Assembly: GCA_964016885.1 (NCBI GenBank)
Contig: OZ024743.1
Span: 194,618,001-194,682,000 of the forward strand
Length of the DNA stretch: 64,000 nt
Origin: Eledone cirrhosa
Lineage: Eukaryota
Direction of reading: 5' to 3'
Shown: in pieces, positions 1 to 10,325 of the stretch
Position numbering within the stretch: position 1 is the stretch's first letter
Layout of the letters: each line of letters opens with the position of its first letter
The notes under the pieces: generated by a model
Databases searched by the model: none
What the model saw: the letters and a program-made list of their open reading frames with translations, nothing else
What the model was told of the DNA's origin: nothing
Program-made: the position numbers and the translations under genes

Positions 1-1400
1 TGGTTCGGTCCAGACCTCCAGACGGACAAAACTGGGACGAGGTGACGAGCAGGGTGGCTTCTCTCACCCAGAAATGGCCCGAGAGGAAGCTATCCCTGAA
101 AGGTCGAGCGGAGGTGGCTAACGCGTACATCGCGTCCGTCATCTACTACCGCCTGACCGTCGTACCTTGTCCTAAACCTCTCCTGACTGCGCTGGAGCGT
201 TTGCTCTTTCGCTTCTTGTGGAAGGGACGCGCTCCGATGGTCAGGCGGTCCATCTGCTGTCAACACCCGCTACATGGAGGGCTGGGCATGCAGTGGCTGA
301 TGATGCGCAGACACGCGCTCAGGCTACGACATCTCCACCTCTTCCTCGACGGTGATCACGCGTGGTCGCCGTTTGCTAGACACGTTTTTCCCCAGCTCGT
401 TTCCTTGACGGAGCTGCAGTCCTGGGTCAAGCGAAGACCGAGAGGGAGCGCCTGGAGACTGGAATGTCTTCAGGCGCTCACAGCCCTCGACCAATCGGGC
501 AATGTGATCGGTGGAAACTCCACCTTGGCGTTCTATAGGGGATCAGTGGAGGGTAAGAGCGACGACGTACTTGGAGAAACTCTACGCGTCGACGAAAATC
601 AACTAGCCAGTCTCTTCGGAAGGACTTTCGGGCCGGGGCCTATGGACAATTTCCAGAAATCCCTGGCCTGGCAGTGCTACCGGGATGCTTTGCCAGTTCG
701 GGATAAACTCTACAGGCATGGAGGTGCCGTCAGGCGGGCATGTCCGAGATGCGCGCAGGGCGACGAAACCGTCCTGCACGCACTCGTCCAGTGTCCGAGC
801 ATTGCTGACTTGTGGGTTTATGTCGAACACCTGCTGTCACGTGTAGGACGGATCCAGCTATCAGCTGAGTCCATCGTGAGGATTGCCCCGCCCTCCTCTT
901 TTAGCCGGGAAGAGCAGGCAGTTTTTATCTGTCTGGTGGCCATGGCGAAAGAGATAGTATGGTGGACACGTTTGAAAGGGCTGAAGACGAGCACTTACCT
1001 CTTCGGTGATGCCCTGATTAACTTTTTCAAATTTCATTTGAAAAGGAAAATCAGGGTAGAGAGGGAAGTGCTCTTTTCCCAGCATTTTGTTGAAAGATGG
1101 GTGAGAGAAGCAAGTATGGCCCGAATGAATGGGCCTTCTCTGAGTATGTGTCTGTAAATTAAAGGTGGAAAACTGGGAGAGGGCACTTGCCCTGGTGGTC
1201 AGGGTCACTGTGGTCTTTTAATGGGCTTTCTCCACAAATGTCCCTCCGAAGTCTCCCCCCTATTAGGGAATTTTTCATTGTTATTTTATTACATCCTCTG
1301 TTTTTTTACACGCAGAAATGCCCATTTGTACCGTCCTGTATTCTCCTGTACTGTCCTTAATGTCTACTTTATGTAAACCCTTGTGGTTAATAAAGAAAAC
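1..1400 (+). mobile_element. Tx1/L1-clade non-LTR retrotransposon, 3' part (copy T1; runs off window start)
   Basis: ORF 42-1157 is the ORF2 C-terminus (post-RT region and CPRC..H..C zinc finger), near-identical to other copies. 3' UTR ends AATAAAGAAAAC at 1400, followed directly by (ATT)n. Confidence 0.9.
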
Positions 1401-1430
1401 ATTATTATTATTATTATTATAATTATTATT
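1401..1430. repeat. (ATT)n spacer shared by tail-to-tail T1 and Dong A1
   Basis: Direct sequence. Confidence 0.95.
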
Positions 1431-1575
1431 ACAGTTGCATTTATCTTGCTTTATGTTCATACGAGTTATCACCAAGTCATAACCAGTGACCTCAAGAGAC
1501 AACAAGGTCCGCCATGTTCAAGGAAGAACACATATACTCACACATGCATCTTTAGTGTTTAGACTTGTGATGTAC

Positions 1576-4500
1576 TTATATTGACAGAATCTTCCTTAGT
1601 ATATGGGCAGTTCCCATTAGTACTATCTTTTGTATTTCTCCTATACGCGGGTTTCCTGGGATCTGCGATAAGTAATCATTAGACCCCTTAGGTATCATTC
1701 CCAGAGCGCCTACAACCACTGGTATTGTTTTAGTTCTCAATTTCCACATTTTTCCAATTTCTATCTCCAGGTCCTTATACTTGCTCAATTTTTCAAATGT
1801 TTTTATAGATACATTCTTGTCTATTGGAACAGACATATCAATTAGCAGGCATACCCTCTTTTTAAAGTCCTTCAATATTATATCAGGTCTATTTGCATCT
1901 ATTTTTCGGTCTGTTTGGATGGTAAAGTTCCACAAGATTGAGATGTGATCTTTTTCAAGTATGGGAGGTGGTTGATGCTCCCACCAATTCTTTTGATGGG
2001 GCAGGTCAAAATGCTTACACATTATCCAATGTATGTATTGTGCAGCTCTGTCATGCCTGTTTAGGTATTCGGTTGGAGCTATAGGACTGCACATTGAAAT
2101 TATATGGTCAATGGACTCTGGTTGTTTTTTGCATACACGGCATAATGGGCTGCATCCATTTTTATTATGTTGGCTTGGTAATTTTTTGTTGGCAGACACT
2201 GATCTTGTGCTGATATAATCAGTCCTTCAGTCTCCGATTTCAGTCCAGAGGATGCCAACCACTGATGAGTTAAAGTTTTGTCAACATCAGGATTGTTAGC
2301 TCGCTCTGGGTATTTTCCATACAGAGGCTTTTCTTGCCATTTCTTAGCCAGTTTCTGTAGCAGTTCTTTCTTTGCAGTAACTTTTACCTGCTTTGCTTTT
2401 TCTGTGTTTTCCATTTCAGCAGTAAATGGGACTTCTGAAATTTGTAGTCCATTACTGTATCTTTGTGCGTCTTTTGTAATGGAATATGATCTGTTGATGC
2501 TTTCGTGTTTCAAAACGAGTTTGATCATCCAATCATGTGATTCCCTTAGATATGTAGATAATCCAATTGTTGCAGTTTTCAACGCAATGTCTAACTGGAT
2601 TAACCCACGTCCTCCTTCTTTCCTAGGGAGATATATTCTATCTATATCTGCCTTAGGGTGATGCATTCTGTGCATGGTTAAGAATTTTCGAATTTTTGCA
2701 TCGAGCCTACGGATCTCTGTGCTTGACCAGTTGATGATATTGTAACTGTAGGTTACTACTGGTATGGCAAGCGTGTTTATGGCATCGATCCTATTCCTTG
2801 CATTCAATTCCGTTCTTAAGATTGCTCTTACTCTGCGGTAACATTCCTTCCTTATCCTTTCCCTCATTGTCGAGTGCTTGATTCCGTCTCCTTCACAAAC
2901 ACCTAGATATTTGTAAGTTTTTTCTTGATCAAGTTCTCTTATCACGTTCTCCCGATCAAGATTAATGTCTGAACTCTTCAGCAGCTTTCCTCTGGTGAAC
3001 GTTGCTTTGGCGCATTTATCTAGTCCAAACTCCATTTTAATGTCATCACTGAACTGCTCCACAGTGGATAATAGCCCTTGTTCATCATTTTTTGCAAATA
3101 GTTTCAGGTCATCAATGTAGAACAGTTGATTAATGGTTTTGTCATAGACTTTATATCCATGTTTTGTTTCATTGAGCATTTTACTTAATGGTATAAGTGC
3201 GATGCAGAATAAAAGCGGTGATAAAGAGTCACCCTGAAAAATTCCACAATTAATATTAACTTCTCCAGCTTCCAGTGATTTTGTTTCACTATTCAAAAAG
3301 AGTGTCGTTTTCCATGTCTTCGTACTGAATGACAAAAACCTCCTGACAACGGGGGATATTTTGAAAATCTCTAAACATTTTTCAATCCAACTGTGTGGCA
3401 AACTATCGAATGCTTTTTTATAATCTATCCAAGCAATCGATAGATTTTTGTGTCTATTATGACAATCTTCCAGTATCATTTTGTTAACCAGAAGCTGATC
3501 CTTACAGCCATATGAGCCTCGTTTACACCCTTTCTGCTCAATGGGAAATAGGTCATTTGTTATCAGGTGGTCATATGTGTATTCAGTTAGGACTGATGTT
3601 AACATTTTATACATTGTGGTCAAGCAAGTTATCGGTCTGTAATTTTTGGGATTGTTTGTCTCATCATTCTTCGGAAGCAGGAATGTAATGCCGTTAACTA
3701 GCCATGATGGTATCTTTTCTGGCTCCTTAACTATTTCATTGTAAAGTTGGGCTAACAGCTCATGAGACTCTGTGAAGGCATTTATCCAAAAGTTTTGTAT
3801 TTTGTCTTTTCCTGGGGATTTCCATTTGCTGGTTTTTCTTAGGGCCAATCGCAACTGTTGAACTGTTATATTTTCCCATATTTGTTCCTCAAGGTGAGCT
3901 GTATCTTTCATTTGTCTGTCTATCCATGGGCCATGTATGTTATGAACTTTTTCTTCGGCCCAGATCTTTTAAAAGAATTCTTGCACTTCCTCCTTGGGTG
4001 GTATTGATTTAGCAGTTATTGTTGACTTACCAATTTTTCTGTAGAAGTTTCTTTGGTTGTTTTTGAACATATTATTGTCCTTATAGAATCTAGATCGTTT
4101 TTCAAAGCGCCTTATACGAGCAACTTTGGCCGACACTTTTTGCTTCATTATTTCTATCAGCATGTCTATGTCACATGTTGATTTTATACTGTACTTTTTT
4201 TTCAACTTTCTAAGTTTAGTTTGTTTAACATGTTCACCTACTTTATAGTTTGTTAAAATTTCTATGTCAGATCGGAGAAGGTTTATTTGGCGATTGATGT
4301 TCTCTTGCCAAGTAGATTTCTTGTGGAAATTCCTTTGTTTTTTTATCTTCACTCCACATAAGTGAGTGGTGACTTTAGCCGATGCATAATAGAGATGATT
4401 TAAATCAGTAATGTTTAGTTTGTTCGTGATGATAATGTTTTTGAGAATTATGTTAGTCTTGTGTATTATCTTTTGGTTCTGTTTGGAGTTCTGGATCTTA

Positions 4501-5219
4501 GGGAGGGTGTCTCGTTGCCCCATGTCAGATTCTTTCATTTTCATCCATTCCATCATAATTTCATCCTTCAAGTTGGCAAGTTCATTCTCATTCATTTCTT
4601 TATCATTTACGATCTCATTATTTTCATTTGGAGTTTCATCCTGAGCATGCACTCCCTCCACTTTTTCGATCCTTTCTTTAATTTGTTCTGTTGCCAGTGA
4701 TTCCGCCCCAACTCTGCGGTTCGAAGTGTTACAGTTTACCTCGTTTTCACTGACACATGTTTCATTTTCCCTTCGCTGACTTTGTGCTAATAGCTTGATC
4801 TGATCAATTTCTATATCAGTTAGTAACTTTTTTCTTTCAATATTTATTCGTATATTGGCTAGTTTGTTACTGTCAATATAGCCTCTGTTTTCGGGATGTT
4901 TCTTTTTCCAGTTGATATATGTCTGTTCTGTATTCGATGTATTTAATCGGTAGTACATGGCAGTGTAGAAAGCCTAAAGGACTTCTTTATTATCTTCCCT
5001 TGACCATTTTTCTCTCTTTTTCTTTGGATTTCTTGGTGGTGAGCATGGAGGGCCAACAGTAGGAGTATTCCGGTTATGGGAGGTCTCCAGCTCCGAAGTG
5101 ATGGGAAGGTTTGAACCATCAGCTGATTTTTCGACCCCAGTCTGGTTCCTCTCTGAGGGACGTGGCCCTTTTTTATCCGGGTGACGGCCGATCCGGTATG
5201 AGATTTTATCATTAGACAT
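1576..5219 (-). pseudogene. Dong A1 polyprotein (Myb-RT-CCHC-RLE), frameshifted
   Basis: Four adjacent or overlapping ORFs that together match A2/A3. Confidence 0.85.
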
Positions 5220-5467
5220 TTACTTTATTTTGTCGCGTTTTATCCTTATCCGCCAAGGGGTAATCATTTCGTGTTATCACTTCTAGAACGAGTGTCAACC
5301 AAGACTAGAGGGGTCGTTCTCCCCTAGAGACACGGCTATTCCCCGCCGGCCGCCATCCCGGTATTTCTTGGTCACGGGGTTTTCTTTTTGTTGTTTTTTT
5401 TTTAAAATTGTTATTATCATGAGTGGTTCCTTAATGTGAGCATTGCGTGGCTTAAGAATGAAATTAT

Positions 5468-5520
5468 TAATAATTGTCTCCACTCCAGGCACAAGGCCAG
5501 CAATCACCCAGTGCATTACA
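5468..5520 (-). mobile_element. 3' fragment of tRNA-type SINE inside the A1 leader
   Basis: ggcacaaggccagcaatcacccagtgcattac matches the SINE end at 36645-36678. Confidence 0.55.
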
Positions 5521-6375
5521 ATAATATAATATACTTTTTGCTGTAGTTGCCTGTTATTGTTGTTGGCTATATCGGTGGTCGTGCCGGGGCTTTTTATATT
5601 GTTGGTGAGGAAGGGGTGAGCCAGCAGTCCCATAGTTCTTGATGTTGACGTTTGGCCGGTGGCCAGGTCACTAAGTCAATCTATTTATATCTTTTGCTAG
5701 CCTCTCCCTTGTCTTGTGATACCGCCACCTTCCTCTTTCTCTCTCAAGTTAACAGGGGAATAGTGGTGGTAGCAATGAAGGAGTGGTGGCGGCGGCGATG
5801 GGATAGTGTTAGCAATTTGATGGATGGGGTGGTGTCGGCGGTGGCGTTGTGGTTACTGGGTTTTGTGATATGTAGTATCTATGAGTTTGTGTTCGTATGT
5901 TTAATATATATTGTGTTGACATATTCCCGTAAAATTGGAATTAAACATTTTGTTAAAATTTGAGACAATAATAATAGTACTTATTATTATCATGCCGATA
6001 ATGGGATTGATGGTGGTGGTGGTGAAATTGCCGTTATCTGGCTGTTATATTTATTGTAATGGGATAGGTGGTGTATCAAGTGTCTGGTGTTGGTGAAATT
6101 GCTGTTATTTGGCTGTTATATAGTGTAGACAGAGGGTGTTTTCTTCCATTTATAACCATTTTCTTTTTTTGAATACAAAATATATAATACAAAATTGAAT
6201 ATTTGAGCGATATAACAATATAATATGGATCCGAAATTTTATGGGACTTCATTCGGTGGTTTATGCAACATTTGTACTAAGAATTGTTATTTCACAATTG
6301 ATTTAAATATGTTAAAAATCAAAAACTTACGGGAGCGATTTCATGACCTTCTACCACCTCGTGCGTCTTCTTCCC

Positions 6376-6454
<79 letters not shown>

Positions 6455-6460
6455 CATATA
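6376..6460. repeat. (TTA)n followed by (TA)n
   Basis: Direct sequence; flanks the A1 5' end. Confidence 0.95.
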
Positions 6461-6874
6461 TATTAATATTTGATGAACATTTACATGTTTTAGTTGCAAT
6501 TGACTAATAAAATCGCTAGAATGAAATATCTTAATTCAACAACATAAAGTTTGCCTGTACGATCTAAAAAATAATAAATCAATACACACAGACTCATAAG
6601 GGCAAAAACCTTGGTACCTAGACACGTTTAAAATTCAAAATACAAACTTTTTCCGCAGATTGGTCAGAACTTCAAACTTCAAACATGTTTCACAAAGGAT
6701 GGTATAATAGTGAAATAATTAATTAATTAGTAGTGAGTTAATCAATTTTCTGTGTTTATCAAGATAAGGTACCCAGATAAATTGAATAACTTCACCTCAG
6801 AAAAATATCTAAGGTCTGGTTCTTAGAGCTGAAATGATTGTAAATGACCCCATTGAGTGTAAACTCTAAGCTAT

Positions 6875-6944
<70 letters not shown>

Positions 6945-7305
6945 GGTATAGAAAGTATTGTAGCAAGAAGCCAACAGTATTCCATAATATATAAGTGACT
7001 ATAGCGTCAAAATGGGAAAATAGTTAACGTAAGATGTGGGAATGTATATATACATACAGAATACATATAAATTGACAAATATAGGTAGAAACAATCTTCA
7101 TGATATGTAAATGAAATAAAGATCATATAAGAAAATATTTGGCATCAACAAACATGATTCTCATTGTTATTAAACCTAATTGAATGTCCAGTAATTATTC
7201 TGCTTACTTATCAAATCATAACCTGCAAGAATTTGGATGTCAGATGTCATACATCTTAATAGTATGTGAGACAATTATTTTTACTATCTATCTATCTATC
7301 TTCTA

Positions 7306-8044
7306 TCCTGGCCTGACAGTGCTACCTAGGAGCTCTACACGTTCGAGACAAGATCTACAGGCACGGACGCCCCGACAGGGATCCTTCCAAGAGGACGTGT
7401 CCAAGATACGGGCAGGATACTGAAACCGTCTTTCACGCAATTGTACACTTCCCGGGCGTAAGCGACCGGTGGAACTATGCAGAACAACTTCTGTCGCGTA
7501 TGGGACAAATCCAGTTGATGCCGAGTCCATAGTAAGGAACAAACCGCCAGCCTCTTTCAAAAATGTAAGAGAGGCGCTTTTCCTCTGTACAGTGGCTATG
7601 GTGAAAGAGGTTATATGGTGGACGAGATTGAGAGGACTGAGGACAGATGCCTTTCTCTCCGGACAACAATTGATTCCCTTCTTTAAGTATCACTTTAGAA
7701 GGAGAATCAGAGTGGAGAGAGAGGCACTGCACCCCAGTAAATTTACTGAAAGGTGTGCGAATGAAGCGAAAATGGCCCGAGTGATTGGGACATCTCTGTA
7801 TATAAACCTGTAGGTTAAAAAAGAGAGCAAAAGGAAGAAGGGAGCACTTGCACAACAGGCTCCTGAAGTTGAGGGTTGTTCTATCGACGTGGTATTAAAC
7901 AACCCATTTGTGCCCCCCCCCCATTGAGGATTTCGATTGTTATAATTGTTTGTTTCAATATTTTTACACGATTGTATGTAAAATCCACGACATACGTCTT
8001 TGTATTGTCCCCTTTTCTTGTGCGCCCCTGAGGCAAATAAAGAA

Positions 8045-8047
<3 letters not shown>
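7306..8047 (+). mobile_element. 5'-truncated Tx1-clade element of a diverged sister family, inserted in (TATC)n
   Basis: ORF 7469-7813 is homologous to the Tx1 ORF2 C-terminus (AESIVR..KEVIWWTRL..RIRVERE). Different 3' UTR ending AATAAAGAAATC. (CTAT)n at 7284-7300 and 8048-8080. Confidence 0.85.
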
Positions 8048-8081
<34 letters not shown>

Positions 8082-8338
8082 CTATATATCTATCCATCTA
8101 CCTACCTTTCTCCTTCTCTCTCTCTCTCTTATACACACGTTGTCTCTTTCTTTTTCTCTCTTTCTTTTAGACACACTCTATCTATTTCTCTCTCTAACTC
8201 TCTTCATATATATATATATAGAGAGAGAGAGTGAGAGAGAGGGGAGAGAGAGAGAGAGACAAACACACTCACACACTCAAAACCATACAAACACACACAA
8301 GCACACTCACAAACACACACCACACACACAGACACACA

Positions 8339-8406
<68 letters not shown>

Positions 8407-8410
<4 letters not shown>

Positions 8411-8638
8411 AGATGAAATCGAAAATGCAACTGGAGTCTTATTTTTTTTAAAAATGTATATATTTATTTGGTTCCTTTACCGGTTTCGCAGTTCTTCTGC
8501 TTTTCAAAAGTAGAGTTGAGATGGAGGGTCTGTGGTTTTTCTCACATCTGTTGCATTTTCGATTTCATCTCTTTTTCTTTATACTTTCACTCGTGTAGGA
8601 CACCTCGGTTATTTTTCAATTTGTAAAAAAAACCTCAC

Positions 8639-8644
<6 letters not shown>
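8407..8644 (-). mobile_element. Small Penelope-like non-autonomous unit in (TA)n with 25-bp inverted repeat and degenerate hammerhead core
   Basis: IR at 8407-8431 and 8550-8574. Minus strand reads TTGAAAA-GCAG-aagaa-CTGC-GAAAC-CG-GTA at ~8478-8507. (TA)n on both sides. Confidence 0.5.
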
Positions 8645-8691
<47 letters not shown>

Positions 8692-8699
8692 ATGGTATA

Positions 8700-9240
8700 G
8701 TTTTCCGTAGCGCATGCGGTTGGATACAAGGTAAAAAGAGTAACCTAAGTGGGGAAGCATTACTGTAATAAAATACAGTAAACTAGGTAAACCGTGTTTA
8801 AAATGGTATACGTGTTGTGTTTTAATGTTCGTTTAGTTGAAGGTAGAGTTGTAGAAAGATGTAGAATGTTGAGTGTGTGATCTAATATTAGGGCCAAGGT
8901 TGGTGTTAGATTTAGGATTATAGTGCAAGTATGTGCAAATATATTGGCACCTTATGCCAGCACCTTCGTTTATAGGCTCGGGTTGATCAAATTTGTTAAC
9001 GGCAATATAGCCAAGGCCCGATAGAAATAATTATCTTGTTGATCGAATTTATAAGACTAATTATTCGTCTGTTATTACACTATCAACGGGTCTTTGGTTA
9101 CCGTTAGTGCAGTCATCTATGATGTAAATATGTCTGTTTGGTTTTCGGTATGTGCATGGCGATCTTCTTTCATTTTGAAGACCTCAAATAGAGGTAGACC
9201 TGAAAGGATGCCAAGCGTGCATCTTTTCTCCTCGGAATAA
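8700..9240 (-). mobile_element. Possible decayed Penelope-like RT remnant
   Basis: Minus-strand YRKPNRHIYI near 9120-9150 resembles the PLE YRKP..YI..SNHP motif; otherwise degenerate. Confidence 0.3.
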
Positions 9241-9292
9241 ATCATAAACATATGAAATCGAAACTGAGGCTGTTATCATTATACATACCGTC

Positions 9293-9515
9293 AGGGCTCT
9301 GGATTAGCAGTATCAGTAGAGCGTCGGACAACATGCCTTGTAGCATAGAGTTACGGCCCTTTACATTGTGAGTTCAAATCTCACCTAGGTTAGCTTTACC
9401 TTCCATCCTTACGGGGTCGATAAAATAAAGCACCAGTTACACATTGGGGTCAATTTAAACGACTTTTCTCATCCTCTCACATTACTGACTCTGTGCCTAT
9501 AGTAGAAACCATTAT
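9293..9515 (+). mobile_element. tRNA-derived SINE (octopus OK/OR-like)
   Basis: A-box-like TAGCAGTATCAG, B-box GAGTTCAAATC, core ccttccatccttacggggtcgataaa; homologous to 36633-36818. Confidence 0.75.
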
Positions 9516-10127
9516 ATATATACACAGTTAAACATATTTTAACTGTTTCCAGACAAAAGAACGTTTACACTAAAAGAATTTCAGAATTCAACAATAGTTA
9601 TTGTATTATTGTTCTTTTAATATTTTTAACATGATATATGCACTCTCTTACACTGCAGGTGTAACACATTGAGATTGCATTTTATTTGATTATTTTCCAA
9701 TATGGCTTCACTTCTATATTTTCCATTTCCCTTGTTAGTCATCTAATTAATACCCACTCGGAAAGAGTAATGTTCTAATTGTTCTTGTTGTTTTTTTCTC
9801 TTTTCCAGTCAGTTAATATACATTTTTAAAGCGAACCTTTGATTAAGACATATACCTTCATATATTACACAGATCATTCTGGAATCTTAACATTGTGTAA
9901 TCACACGGAAAGAATGTGAAGTAAGCCTGAAATATTTTTTAATAATTTCAGTAATTTGTTCAATTTATTTATGTCACTGAGCAACACCGATTAGTTCACT
10001 CTAATTGTATAGTTGTGTGTACTTATATATATATGTATGTATTTAATTATGTATGTCTCTTTCTCTCTTTATATATATACATATATATAGAAAGAGAGAG
10101 TAAGAGAGATATATAGATACATACATG

Positions 10128-10159
<32 letters not shown>

Positions 10160-10174
10160 ATATAAACTATGCAA

Positions 10175-10325
10175 ATCGTTCTGAGCTCAAATCTCACCGG
10201 AGTCGAGTTTGCTTCCATTCTATCTAGGTCCATAAAGTAAAATATCAATCCCGACTAGAGCTGATATACCCGACATTTTCTCATCCCTCAAATTGTTGAC
10301 CTTTTGTCTTTATTGAAAATCAAGT
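10175..10325 (+). mobile_element. Degenerate partial copy of the same SINE
   Basis: gagctcaaatctcacc...tttgcttccattc...cataaagtaaaatatca...ttttctcatccctc aligns to 9370-9490. Confidence 0.55.

Larger units (their letters stand above)
1431..6375 (-). mobile_element. R4/Dong-type (RLE) non-LTR retrotransposon family A, full-length but disrupted (copy A1)
   Basis: ORF pieces 5219-4974, 4958-3969, 3911-2100 and 2199-1576 carry the Myb-like KWSREDN, RT (YRPITCL, QGDSLSP, YIDD), CRVC..H..C, RHD and RPDII..D..K. 5' end GGGAAGAAGACGCAC at 6375. (AAT)n on the sense strand at both ends. Confidence 0.9.

Noticed and set aside
6225-6974. ORFs with poly-I, IY, HT or ER runs here and at 8140, 14527, 15198, 56100 and 58008
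   Set aside because: Translations of microsatellites.
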